This document shows, in pieces, positions 40,370 through 50,385 of a DNA stretch of 64,000 nucleotides. The stretch's first letter is position 1. The number at the start of each line of letters is the position of its first letter. The stretch is taken from the NCBI GenBank assembly GCA_963830365.1, contig CAWHMU010000042.1:64001-128000 (forward strand), in the 5' to 3' direction. The notes beneath the pieces are model-generated. The model made no database searches, had not been told where the DNA came from, and saw nothing but the letters and a program-made list of their open reading frames with translations. The position numbers were made by a program, and so were the translations under genes. The DNA is from an uncultured Chlamydiae bacterium (GTDB lineage: Bacteria; Chlamydiota; Chlamydiia; Chlamydiales; Parachlamydiaceae).

Positions 40370-41634
40370 GGCAGCTCCATCAGGGCTTGGATGATGTCAT
40401 AATAGGCCAGCACGATATATTGCGAAGGGGAGTGCTGGATGGATTCGTCAACAAAGTACAGATGGCGCTGGCGTATGGCCGCAAGCTCCATCAAGGCGGG
40501 ATCTTGATGCATTTCTCGATGTATTGTTTGCCGGTTTTCGGCGGCGACGATCAACCAGTCGGGATTGAGGTTCAGCAGGCGTTCTTTGTCGATCGACACC
40601 ATCCACTCATGGCTTTGGGCGTTAGCTGCCGCATAGGGTAATGAGATATCCCATGCGCCTAGGCGCTGCAAGAGCTGGCCGGTGAGGGTCTTCTTGGTGG
40701 GGATGGAGAAGTTTTGATGATAATTCAGAAACAGCAGGCGGGGCGGCTTTCGGCCGGCGTCATCAAGTTGCCGGGATAAAATCAGCAGACGGTTGTCGAG
40801 CGCCAGCATGGCGGCGCTGATAAAGAGGCTCAGCAGTTCAGCTTCCAAGGGGCGGTTGATGATCTGACCGATATGCATTAGTTCGATGGTGATATCATGC
40901 AGCGTGTCGGGATTTTGCATGGTATAGAGGATGACGCCCTGGTTGGCCAACGCTTCAAGGGTGGCCGGATGGGAGTAATGGGCCACGAAAGCCACTTCAG
41001 GATGCGCGAGGAATAATTTTTCGGCATTATAGCGGTCGATATCCAAGGGGATCTGATCGGTCAGGGTCCTGGGGTAGAGATGTTCCTGTTCCCGCAGGCG
41101 CCCGGGCAAAGCCACTATTTCGCTTACGGGCGCAAGAGCCAATAGAAAACTTGCGGCGGCATATGTCTGGGGGAGGAATCCATGGAATGGACGGGATAGA
41201 TTTATCGGTTTTCCGCTGTCGTCAACCAGGTAGGGCAAACGCTCGGTTTCTGCCAGCGCTATGAGCTGTTGAGGGGTGCTATTTTGCAGCTGCCGATGCA
41301 GGGTTTGACTGCGCAGGAAATCTGCCGGGGATAGGCGATTGGCGGCGTGCAATCCGTCAGCGTGCATGATCTTGGCATCGATGTCCCATTCGGCCATCAG
41401 GCGGGCCATCAATGTTAAATCGCCGGCGAGGGCCTTTTGCAGGGTGTCGCGCGGCATGTCTGCCAGGCTGAAGGAAGGGGATGTTTGCTGGAGGCTAGTG
41501 TCCCGTGCGGCAGCGTCGTAAGTTGCGCCGGTTGCAGTTGGCAGCTCATTTTGCCTGAACGCCAGCGTCCACCAGCCCGCCAGGAAGAGGACTAAGACGC
41601 CATAGACTTTTAAAGCTTTCAACAGGTTGTACAT
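40366..41634 (-). CDS. Periplasmic substrate-binding protein (BtuF/FecB-like)
   Basis: NAEKLFLAHPEV and ERLLNLNPDWLIV motifs; start moved to 41634 because the upstream extension is repeat-derived. Confidence 0.8.
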   Translation of the reverse strand: MYNLLKALKVYGVLVLFLAGWWTLAFRQNELPTATGATYDAAARDTSLQQTSPSFSLADMPRDTLQKALAGDLTLMARLMAEWDIDAKIMHADGLHAANRLSPADFLRSQTLHRQLQNSTPQQLIALAETERLPYLVDDSGKPINLSRPFHGFLPQTYAAASFLLALAPVSEIVALPGRLREQEHLYPRTLTDQIPLDIDRYNAEKLFLAHPEVAFVAHYSHPATLEALANQGVILYTMQNPDTLHDITIELMHIGQIINRPLEAELLSLFISAAMLALDNRLLILSRQLDDAGRKPPRLLFLNYHQNFSIPTKKTLTGQLLQRLGAWDISLPYAAANAQSHEWMVSIDKERLLNLNPDWLIVAAENRQTIHREMHQDPALMELAAIRQRHLYFVDESIQHSPSQYIVLAYYDIIQALMELP

Positions 41635-41685
41635 CAGCGAGTGTTTTATGAAGTAAAATAAAAAGAATGCGCTTAAACGCCAGCC

Positions 41686-41772
41686 CTTCTCTTTCTCTGT
41701 GATCTCTGTGGGCGCTGTGGTTGCTAAAATGATACAACCACAGCGATCACAGAGATCACAGAGCAAAGAAGG
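41686..41772. repeat. CACAGAG-family palindrome
   Basis: ctctgtgatctctgtgggcgctgtggttg...caaccacagcgatcacagagatcacagag. Confidence 0.85.
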
Positions 41773-41825
41773 AGATTACCGAGACTGAATCCGTTTATGG
41801 CAGAAAATTAACTGCCACTTATGGA

Positions 41826-43427
41826 TTAGGCTTCCTCATCTTCATCGGGGGCGTCGCCGATCAGCGCTTCGGTGATGATGACGATGCCGGCGGTTGAGAC
41901 GGCATGCAGGAGGATGTTTTTGATGACTTTGGCAGGGTCGACCACGCCTGCGGCCATCAGATCTTCGATCTGGCCGGTCATGGCATTGAAACCGAAGTTT
42001 GGCTTGGCTTGCAGCACGGCGGCTAGCACGACGGAGCCATCCTTGCCGGCATTGCTGACGATTTGCCGTAGCGGTGTTTCGCAGGCATTTTTCAGGATTT
42101 TGGCTCCGACAGCTTCATCACCTTCGAGGTTGAGATTGTCGATGGCTTTGCTGGCCCGCAGCAGCGCGATGCCGCCGCCTGGCACGATGCCCTCTTCGAT
42201 GGCAGCCTTGGTCGAATTGAGACTGTCTTCGAACATTTGTTTTTTCTGTTTGAGTTCAGGCTCAGTCGCAGCTCCCACACGGATGATGGCCACGCCGCCA
42301 CTTAATTTGGCTTTGCGCTCTTCGAGTTTTTCTTTGTCGTAGGAGCTGGTGGTCAATACGGCTTCATTCTCGATTTGTTTGATGCGCGCTTCGATTTCAT
42401 TTTTTTGACCTTTGCCATTGACAATGACCGTATGGTCTTTGGTGACAGTGATCTTCTCAGCCGAGCCCAGGAAGCTTGAAGGGGTATCTTTAATTGATGT
42501 GCCCGTATCTTCAGAAATTACGGTAGCGCCTGTCAGCACGGCGATATCTTGCAGGATCGCTTTGCGACGGTCTCCAAAGCCCGGGGCTTTAACAGCGACC
42601 ACTTTAAGGCTGCCGCGCAGCTTGTTGATGACAAGCGTTGACAGGGCATCGGCTTCCACATCTTCGGCGATGATGAGCAGCTCTTGTCCGGCCGTGGCTA
42701 TGGAAGAAAGGACGGGCAGAATATCATGAATGCTGCTGATCTTTTTATCGAGGATAAGAATCTGCGGTGCACTGCTCATCTCGACAGTCTGCTTATCAGC
42801 ATTGGTGCAGAAATAGGCGCTGATGTAGCCTCTGTCAAATTGCATGCCTTCGACGAGTTCGATGGTCGTTTCAGTGCCTTTGGCCTCTTCAATGGTGATG
42901 ACACCGGCATTACCGACTTTTTCCATGGCTTCGGCGATCATATTGCCGATTTCCTGGTTGCCGGAAGCCGAGGCGATGGCGATGTTTTTAGTTTCCTGTG
43001 AATTTTTGATCGGAATGGCTGTTTTCTCAATTTCTTTGAGCATGGCGTCCAGCATTTTATCCATGCCGCGCTTGATGCCGATCGGGCTTGCGCCGGCGGC
43101 GATCTGTTTAATGCCGCCTTCGGCCAGCGCTTTCAGCAGCAAAGTGGCAGTAGTTGTGCCATCGCCGCATTTTTCTTTGATTTGCTGGACGACTTCTTTG
43201 GCCATGGCCACGCCCATGTTCTCATATTGGTCTTTAAGGGAGATGTCCTTAACGATGCTGCTGCCGTCATTAGTGATGGTCGGTGCGCCCCAGCTCTTTT
43301 CAAGGCCTACATTGCGTCCTTTAGGTCCGAGCGTAAAGGCGACGACGTCGGCCAGTTTTTTGATACCTGCCAGCAGCAGTTCGCGGGCGGCTTCTTCGAA
43401 AATAATTTCTTTAGGTGTTGAAGTCAT
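41826..43427 (-). CDS. groEL: Chaperonin GroEL paralog (no GGM tail, no adjacent groES)
   Basis: TLGPKGRNV, GDGTTTAT, GMQFDRGY, KAPGFGDRRK. Confidence 0.93.
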   Translation of the reverse strand: MTSTPKEIIFEEAARELLLAGIKKLADVVAFTLGPKGRNVGLEKSWGAPTITNDGSSIVKDISLKDQYENMGVAMAKEVVQQIKEKCGDGTTTATLLLKALAEGGIKQIAAGASPIGIKRGMDKMLDAMLKEIEKTAIPIKNSQETKNIAIASASGNQEIGNMIAEAMEKVGNAGVITIEEAKGTETTIELVEGMQFDRGYISAYFCTNADKQTVEMSSAPQILILDKKISSIHDILPVLSSIATAGQELLIIAEDVEADALSTLVINKLRGSLKVVAVKAPGFGDRRKAILQDIAVLTGATVISEDTGTSIKDTPSSFLGSAEKITVTKDHTVIVNGKGQKNEIEARIKQIENEAVLTTSSYDKEKLEERKAKLSGGVAIIRVGAATEPELKQKKQMFEDSLNSTKAAIEEGIVPGGGIALLRASKAIDNLNLEGDEAVGAKILKNACETPLRQIVSNAGKDGSVVLAAVLQAKPNFGFNAMTGQIEDLMAAGVVDPAKVIKNILLHAVSTAGIVIITEALIGDAPDEDEEA

Positions 43428-43490
43428 CGTGTTATCTCCTTAAGTTTTCCGTATTTAGCTATTTATTTAGAAACACTCCAGATTCATTAT

Positions 43491-43654
43491 AGGAAGGGTA
43501 CAGCAATAAATCAAACGATTGGGCTGCGCCAAAGCCCCAGGGTTTGACGATCGCAATGGGGGTAGTATTCATCTAATACAACTCCCATTGCGATCGTCAA
43601 ACCCCGGGAGCTTTCGCGTTGCCCAATCGTTTGATTTATTGTTGCACCCTTCCT
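43491..43654. mobile_element. 164-bp palindromic MITE-like element overlapping the nadC 3' end
   Basis: aggaagggtacagcaataaatcaaacgattggg...cccaatcgtttgatttattgttgcacccttcct; related fragment at about 11269-11310. Confidence 0.85.
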
Positions 43655-44504
43655 TAAGTCTTAGGCTAATGTCAATTCCCGGCACAGAATCTGTCAAAGC
43701 CGTAACAGAGATCCCGTTGACCCCTGTTTCAGCCAGAGAGCGCACAGTTTCAAGGCAGACATTGCCAGAAAATGCCAGATAGACTCTTTTGTTGACGCTG
43801 CGGATGAGCGCCACGCTATGGCTAAGATCGTCCAATGTCATATTGCGCAGCATGATGGCTCTGAAATCATGTTTGAGGACTTCCTCAATATTTTTAGGAT
43901 TATCGATCTGGATTTCGATGGGCATCTTTGGATTATAGTTTTTGATTTTTTCAATGGCCTCAGCGATGGGGTGGAGGCCGCTGCCGGCAAGAAATGCCAG
44001 ATGGCTGGATTTTATCAAGAAGCAGTCATCCAGGCCATGGCGATGGTTTTTTCCGCCGCCGACAGCGACAGCGTATTTTTCCAGCGGGCGCAGGCCGGGC
44101 AGTGTTTTGCGGGTGTCCAGGATGTCGCATTTCAGGTGGGCGACCTTCTTTACATATTCGGCGGTGATGGTGGCCACCCCGCTGGCGTGCTGCAGCAGAT
44201 TGAGGGCGACTCTTTCGGCGGTGATAATGGCTTGGGCCGGGCCTGAGACGGTGGCAATCGGGGTGCCGGTCTTTTGGAATGAGCCTTCGGGAACGAGCAG
44301 TTCAATATCGATCGCGGGATGCAGCCTGCGGAATATGATAGGCAGCAATGGCAAGGCAGCGATGATGCCGCATTGTTTGAGCACAAAGACGCCAGAGGCG
44401 TGGCGCATATCGGAGAGCAGCGCCAACGAAGTGATGTCGCCAGTGCGCACATCTTCGTGGATGGCTCTTTCAATCAGTTGGGCTAGTTCTTTTTCAAGGT
44501 CCAT
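43569..44504 (-). CDS. nadC: Quinolinate phosphoribosyltransferase-like protein (divergent)
   Basis: EDVRTGDITS, AERVALNLLQ, DTRKTLPGLR, GGGKNHRHGL; C-terminal motifs atypical. Confidence 0.8.
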   Translation of the reverse strand: MDLEKELAQLIERAIHEDVRTGDITSLALLSDMRHASGVFVLKQCGIIAALPLLPIIFRRLHPAIDIELLVPEGSFQKTGTPIATVSGPAQAIITAERVALNLLQHASGVATITAEYVKKVAHLKCDILDTRKTLPGLRPLEKYAVAVGGGKNHRHGLDDCFLIKSSHLAFLAGSGLHPIAEAIEKIKNYNPKMPIEIQIDNPKNIEEVLKHDFRAIMLRNMTLDDLSHSVALIRSVNKRVYLAFSGNVCLETVRSLAETGVNGISVTALTDSVPGIDISLRLKEGCNNKSNDWATRKLPGFDDRNGSCIR

Positions 44505-44655
44505 TGCGTTTTAAGGCTCTTGTAATTCAATTAGAGATCAGAAAGAGGGCTTGGTTCGAAGCTTTGATTGTAGTGAAAGCCGGGCAAAAGAGGCAAGGGT
44601 TTTCAGCGGTTTTAGCAATTTAATCGCGCAACTGCCAACTTGCTTTCGTGTTTGC

Positions 44656-44877
44656 TTAGAGCAAACGGTCGAACTCATCGATTTGGTCCTCGATGCGGTC
44701 CTCGGTATCAACGGATTTTACGCCGCCTTCAGGGGAATCTATTCTTTCTAAAGAATGGGTGAAAAGCATCATCAGCGAGTAGTCAAGAAAATCCTTTTTG
44801 ATGGCGCCGCCTTCTTTAAGAACAAAGACATAAGGGTGAAGGATGGCTTTTAGCGGATATTGCGGTCTTGGATGCAT
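44656..44877 (-). CDS. Small hypothetical protein
   Basis: 73-aa ORF with a ggag RBS, co-oriented with its neighbours. Confidence 0.45.
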   Translation of the reverse strand: MHPRPQYPLKAILHPYVFVLKEGGAIKKDFLDYSLMMLFTHSLERIDSPEGGVKSVDTEDRIEDQIDEFDRLL

Positions 44878-44975
44878 CTGGCTTTAACTCCGTGATGGTG
44901 GAGTGAAAAGCATAAAGCTTCAGCATTAAACATAAAAGGGAAAAATCAGGCTTGGGAGGTGTGCAATAATAAGAA

Positions 44976-45003
44976 AATGAAGGCGGCAGGCGCCGCCTTC
45001 ATT
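44976..45003 (-). terminator. Intrinsic terminator after the FadL-like gene
   Basis: aatgaaggcggc / gccgccttcatt stem followed by a T-rich tract on the minus strand. Confidence 0.75.
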
Positions 45004-45011
45004 AGGTAAGA

Positions 45012-46298
45012 CTAGAACTTATAACCCCAGGCAGCGCCAAGAGCAAATTTCTGTTCTTTGAGATTGGCTTGACCGCCGCCGAATGGGACGATGTGACCTG
45101 TAGGTGTGGCTACGAAAAGCGGGATTGAATCTGATTTGCCTTTGATTTCATGCTCGAAGCCCCAGGCGAACGAGAACGAGAATTCATTGCAAGGATTCAG
45201 GCAATATGTCGCACCGGTAGTGATGAAGCTTTCGACCGCATCAAGCGTTAAAGCGTTGACAGCCGTCTGTGAGCGTCTGATTGGCGAGTTGGCATAGCGG
45301 TAGCCGATACGGGCTGTCCAGGCTTCGCAGATCTGCCATTCGATGCCGGCGCGGTAGAACGTCTGGTCGCGGAAGCCGAAGCCAGGTCCGTTATCAGTGC
45401 CGAGCGGGAAAAGGAGTCCATCGTGCAGCAAGGGGTTGTGCAGCGATTTGACGCCGCTCCATTGGATATATTCCACATCGAAGGCCGCCACCACGCATGG
45501 CATGATGCGATAGGAGATGCCGCCGCTGATTTTAGCCGGCACATTCAATCTGCCGCTGGCCAAAAAGCCTTTGTATTTGTTCAGTTTGCTCATGGGAGTT
45601 CTTGGCTGATATGTCAAGCCAACGCTTAGGCAGTCAGTGATATGGCCAAGATAGCCGATGGTGACGCCCCAGCCGGTAGCATAATCGTAGCCGCGGTTAG
45701 TGAGGTTTTCAGGATGAACCGACAGCGCTTTGAAGTTTTCGATGCCGTTAACTTTAAGACGCTCGATCTGGTAGTTCACCGAGATACCGAAGGAGTGCAT
45801 TTCATTTATTCTGAAAGTGAAGATTGGCGAAATCGTTTCGTTGAGATATTCAAGACCTGGTTTTGAGGTGCCAAATAGCAACAAAGGCTTGCCGTAGCTT
45901 GTCTTCTGGTAAGCTCTGTTGTATACAATCAGGCCGGCAGTGAATTCGCCTGCGCACGTGCAGAATGTTTTGTTTATGCCGAAGTTGGCAGCCGGCATGT
46001 TTTTGTCTTGCATGCCGTTGAAATGGCCGTTGATACCAACAGGGGCCAGGTTGTTTTTGACAGTCAGGCTGCCGGTATTGTGGATCCAGCCGGCTTCGAC
46101 ATCGAGACGGTCGCCGACTTCTGAAAGACCGGCCGGATTATAAGCACCTGAAAGAGTGTCGAGAGGATAAGAGATACATGTTCCACCCATGCCGATGGCT
46201 TTGATATCGGCATAAATGGCTTCGGCAGATGAAGATTGTATGCATAGGACAACGGTTGTTGCCAGGCAGGCGGTAAAGTTTAATAGACGCGCTTTCAT
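45012..46298 (-). CDS. OmpP1/FadL-family outer-membrane transporter
   Basis: Signal peptide, GMGG, YNPAGL hatch motif, C-terminal aromatic YKF. Confidence 0.88.
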   Translation of the reverse strand: MKARLLNFTACLATTVVLCIQSSSAEAIYADIKAIGMGGTCISYPLDTLSGAYNPAGLSEVGDRLDVEAGWIHNTGSLTVKNNLAPVGINGHFNGMQDKNMPAANFGINKTFCTCAGEFTAGLIVYNRAYQKTSYGKPLLLFGTSKPGLEYLNETISPIFTFRINEMHSFGISVNYQIERLKVNGIENFKALSVHPENLTNRGYDYATGWGVTIGYLGHITDCLSVGLTYQPRTPMSKLNKYKGFLASGRLNVPAKISGGISYRIMPCVVAAFDVEYIQWSGVKSLHNPLLHDGLLFPLGTDNGPGFGFRDQTFYRAGIEWQICEAWTARIGYRYANSPIRRSQTAVNALTLDAVESFITTGATYCLNPCNEFSFSFAWGFEHEIKGKSDSIPLFVATPTGHIVPFGGGQANLKEQKFALGAAWGYKF

Positions 46299-46599
46299 TA
46301 GTACTTACTCCGTAAAAGTTATTCAAGTCATGCTGTCAGGCCAATATCACATGGGTTGCCATGTCATTTAGGCCGGATTTAAAATCAATAATGGCGTTGA
46401 GCTAAACAAATTAGGGGAATTTTGTAAATATGAAAAAAGGATTAAGACGTGAATTCTAGCTAAATAGGGAAAAGGACGAAGGGTACCAAAAAGACATTAG
46501 TCAGTAGTCGCTGGAAAAAAAACACCAAGACACTTATGGTATAATGTCGTTAAGGTTATTCGGTCCGTTAAGCTTTTTGTAAGGAATGGTTTTAAATTA

Positions 46600-47298
46600 A
46601 TGATGAGCAAGCTATTGATTTTTGATTGCGATGGTGTCTTGGTTGATAGTGAAGTGATAGCAAATCGAATTGATGCTGAAGCCTTGACCTCACTTGGCTA
46701 TGCGTTAACAACAGAAGATAGCATCAGAAGATTCACAGGCATGAATGCAGAAACTGTGCGTCAGCTTATCAAGCATGAATCGGGCATTGACCTTCCGCCA
46801 GATTACCTGGCCGCAAAACAGCCTATCTTATTTAGAGCGTTTGAAACCGAATTATCATCTTTGATCAAGCCTGTTTTAGAGGCAATCAACGAGATGAAAA
46901 TAAGTCTATGTGTCGCGTCAAGCAGTCCGAGAACACGCGTGATGCGCTGTCTTGAAATGACAGAGCAGCTCGCCTATTTCACGGATCGATCGATTTTCAC
47001 CTCTGAACAGGTTTCAAAAGGTAAGCCAGCGCCGGATTTATTCCTATTTGCGGCCGATCAAATGGGGTTTAAGCCGGCCGATTGCATTGTCATTGAGGAT
47101 AGTTCTGCCGGCATTGAAGCTGCCATTGCGGCGGGCATGCAGGTCGTTGGTTTCTTAGGCGGCAGTCACGCACGTTATGACTGGTACCGGCAGAAAATTA
47201 ATATTCACGCGGTGCCAGTGGCTAATCATGGCAGCGAGCTTTTGCACATATTGAAAGACGTATTATGTTTTAGTATCCCAGCACTTGCCGCGAATTGA
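46600..47298 (+). CDS. HAD-IA family hydrolase
   Basis: FDCDGVLVDSE, VASSS, KPAPDLF, IEDS. Confidence 0.9.
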   Translation: MMSKLLIFDCDGVLVDSEVIANRIDAEALTSLGYALTTEDSIRRFTGMNAETVRQLIKHESGIDLPPDYLAAKQPILFRAFETELSSLIKPVLEAINEMKISLCVASSSPRTRVMRCLEMTEQLAYFTDRSIFTSEQVSKGKPAPDLFLFAADQMGFKPADCIVIEDSSAGIEAAIAAGMQVVGFLGGSHARYDWYRQKINIHAVPVANHGSELLHILKDVLCFSIPALAAN

Positions 47299-47323
47299 AA
47301 GGGGCTAAAGCCCCTTTCAATTC
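47292..47323. terminator. Bidirectional terminator between convergent genes
   Basis: gaattgaaaggggct / agcccctttcaattc. Confidence 0.8.
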
Positions 47324-47331
47324 TTTGCTAG

Positions 47332-47895
47332 CTAATTATGATCTTGTAGATTCCCATCCGTACCTGCCTGCGCGGCATTTGTGTTGTAAGCAGGTTGTGT
47401 AGCGGCTGCTGTCGGTGATGTTTTGTCCGCTTGTGTATCCAACAGATCAAGCTCCTCGTTCTCTTCTAAAATGCTATCAGCGGCGGTGTTATGAAAAGCA
47501 ACAGAGTCTGCGCTTGGGGTTTTATGCTTATGAAGAAGTGAAGGGAGTGTCTTTTTTACATCCGCTGCAATCATGCAAAAGGATAGACCGCGTTTATGGG
47601 AGCGTGGTTTGGAAGTCGCAGTTTGATTGTCAGTCGCAGTAAGCTCTTCGGTCACGGAAGAAGAAGACATGTTTAAATGGGAAAGAGTCCTTGTTTCCAG
47701 CGGCTTTTTCTGTTCCGCTTCCTGACGCCGCGGCACTTGCAAACCAATATTTCCGGCCAGATCCAAAAGTTCTGGAAAATTAGCTTCCCGTCTGAATTTC
47801 TTGTCATACTTTGCAGGGCTGCCTGGCTGCGGGCCGGCAGCGCTGGTAGCCTTTAAATCGACTGGGGATGAAGGTCTATCAGTAACTGAGCTCAT
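47332..47895 (-). CDS. Hypothetical Ser/Thr/Ala-rich, probably disordered protein (effector candidate)
   Basis: 187-aa ORF with MSSVTDRPSSP N-terminus; no recognisable domain. Confidence 0.55.
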   Translation of the reverse strand: MSSVTDRPSSPVDLKATSAAGPQPGSPAKYDKKFRREANFPELLDLAGNIGLQVPRRQEAEQKKPLETRTLSHLNMSSSSVTEELTATDNQTATSKPRSHKRGLSFCMIAADVKKTLPSLLHKHKTPSADSVAFHNTAADSILEENEELDLLDTQADKTSPTAAATQPAYNTNAAQAGTDGNLQDHN

Positions 47896-48147
47896 GTGAT
47901 CACCAAATATGGGGGTTGGTTCCGACTAATTTCTGTCAGAAAAGGTGTTTATTTCATTACTGGAGATTAGTAAATGATCAGGATGTGATATGCAAGTTTT
48001 TTCGACACATCTTTTATCGAAATACTATTGGCTCATCGCGCAAATGAGTACCTAGCCGAGGAGAACGAAGAAATGGGGCTAGTTTAACTAGTTGAAAAAG
48101 AGAAGCAGACAATTTATTAAATCCTTCGACAAAAAAGGAGATTTAAT

Positions 48148-49058
48148 ATGCCTGCTTCACTGCTTTACCATACCAATCAGATCGAAGATGTTCAAGTCCT
48201 GAATCGTGAATATCATGAAGACAAAATACTTTTCGAGGCGCTTCTTCAACCCAAAAAAACACTTTGTCCTTGCTGTGGGAACAGTGAATCCATATCGAAG
48301 GGACTGAAGTTACGTAGGCTTCGCATGGCCCCTCTAGGGAACAAAATGGCTTTTCTCAACCTGCGGCTACATCGTCTTCAATGCGTCAATTGCCTACACG
48401 TTTGGTGGCCCCCGATTCCCTTTGTCAAGCCCAGAAAGCGTTATACCACTTCCTTTGAGAAGTTTGTCATTAATCTTATGGGGTTTGCAACAATAGAACA
48501 TGTGGCAAAATTCCTTGGGGTTTCTTGGAGTCTCGTGAAGGGTATACATAAAGCATATCTTCAGAGGGAGTATAAGAGTTTCGATTTTACATCCCTTCGA
48601 TACGTGGGCATCGATGAGTTTAGTATTCGAAAAGGGCATGAATACATGACGATTTTCATCAACCTTGAGACAGGAGAAATCATTCACGCCGTAGAAGGTA
48701 AAAGCATGGGAAGCGTAATCCCATTCCTCTTAGAGTTGAAGGAAAAGGCTTTACAGCTCAAAGCGATGGCTATGGACATGAATGCAGCCTATGCATCAGC
48801 TGTACAAAATCATTTACCGGATGTTGACATAGTATTTGATCGATTTCATGTCGTGGCATTATTGAATACGGCAATCGAGGAAATCCGGAGAGATCAGCAG
48901 GCAAAATGCAATGAAGTTGGCTTAAGAGTCATTAAAGGAATGAGATTTTTACTTTTAAGGAACTATGAAAAACTTGATTCTAAGAGAAAAAGTAGTTTGG
49001 AATGCCTTTTAGAAGTAAATCAACCGATAGCCTTGGCTCATGCAATGAAGGAGCAAAT
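48148..49058 (+). pseudogene. 5' part of the disrupted ISL3 transposase (3' part at 50394-50688)
   Basis: Identical to the 49177-50382 protein up to AMKEQ, then broken by the inner IS. Confidence 0.95.
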
Positions 49059-50385
49059 GGCTCATCGCGCAAATGAGTACCTAGCCGAGGAGAACGAAGA
49101 AATGGGGCTAGTTTAACTAGTTGAAAAAGAGAAGCAGACAATTTATTAAATCCTTCGACAAAAAAGGAGATTTAATATGCCTGCTTCACTGCTTTACCAT
49201 ACCAATCAGATCGAAGATGTTCAAGTCCTGAATCGTGAATATCATGAAGACAAAATACTTTTCGAGGCGCTTCTTCAACCCAAAAAAACACTTTGTCCTT
49301 GCTGTGGGAACAGTGAATCCATATCGAAGGGACTGAAGTTACGTAGGCTTCGCATGGCCCCTCTAGGGAACAAAATGGCTTTTCTCAACCTGCGGCTACA
49401 TCGTCTTCAATGCGTCAATTGCCTACACGTTTGGTGGCCCCCGATTCCCTTTGTCAAGCCCAGAAAGCGTTATACCACTTCCTTTGAGAAGTTTGTCATT
49501 AATCTTATGGGGTTTGCAACAATAGAACATGTGGCAAAATTCCTTGGGGTTTCTTGGAGTCTCGTGAAGGGTATACATAAAGCATATCTTCAGAGGGAGT
49601 ATAAGAGTTTCGATTTTACATCCCTTCGATACGTGGGCATCGATGAGTTTAGTATTCGAAAAGGGCATGAATACATGACGATTTTCATCAACCTTGAGAC
49701 AGGAGAAATCATTCACGCCGTAGAAGGTAAAAGCATGGGAAGCGTAATCCCATTCCTCTTAGAGTTGAAGGAAAAGGCTTTACAGCTCAAAGCGATGGCT
49801 ATGGACATGAATGCAGCCTATGCATCAGCTGTACAAAATCATTTACCGGATGTTGACATAGTATTTGATCGATTTCATGTCGTGGCATTATTGAATACGG
49901 CAATCGAGGAAATCCGGAGAGATCAGCAGGCAAAATGCAATGAAGTTGGCTTAAGAGTCATTAAAGGAATGAGATTTTTACTTTTAAGGAACTATGAAAA
50001 ACTTGATTCTAAGAGAAAAAGTAGTTTGGAATGCCTTTTAGAAGTAAATCAACCGATAGCCTTGGCTCATGCAATGAAGGAGCAAATTCGTCAATTTTGG
50101 TCTAAACAGACGGTGAAAGAGGGGGCTAGATTTCTTGCTTGGTGGATAATGGATACTATGGAGTCAGGGATACATGAGCTGGAGAAGGCAGGAAAAACCC
50201 TGCTTAGGCATTGGCAAGGATTGGTAAACTATTTTAAACATCCCATCACCAATGCAAAGACTGAGGGGATCAATAACAAGATTAAAACAATGAAGCGCCA
50301 AGCTTACGGATTTCGAGATATGGAGTATTTTAAATTACGTCTCTATAGTTTACACAAAGTTAGGTACTCATTTGCACGATGAGCC
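49059..50385 (+). mobile_element. ISL3-family IS (inner, intact copy, 1327 bp)
   Basis: Same TIRs; TSD gagcaaat (49051-49058, 50386-50393). Confidence 0.97.
49177..50382 (+). CDS. ISL3-family transposase
   Basis: CPCC..CVNC zinc finger, GIDEF, AMDM, FDRFHV, TEGINNKIK.MKRQAYGFR. Confidence 0.97.
   Translation: MPASLLYHTNQIEDVQVLNREYHEDKILFEALLQPKKTLCPCCGNSESISKGLKLRRLRMAPLGNKMAFLNLRLHRLQCVNCLHVWWPPIPFVKPRKRYTTSFEKFVINLMGFATIEHVAKFLGVSWSLVKGIHKAYLQREYKSFDFTSLRYVGIDEFSIRKGHEYMTIFINLETGEIIHAVEGKSMGSVIPFLLELKEKALQLKAMAMDMNAAYASAVQNHLPDVDIVFDRFHVVALLNTAIEEIRRDQQAKCNEVGLRVIKGMRFLLLRNYEKLDSKRKSSLECLLEVNQPIALAHAMKEQIRQFWSKQTVKEGARFLAWWIMDTMESGIHELEKAGKTLLRHWQGLVNYFKHPITNAKTEGINNKIKTMKRQAYGFRDMEYFKLRLYSLHKVRYSFAR

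Noticed and set aside
41635..41766. Cys-rich N-terminal extension of the substrate-binding protein
   Set aside because: It is encoded by the CACAGAG hairpin; the ATG at 41634 precedes a plausible signal anchor.
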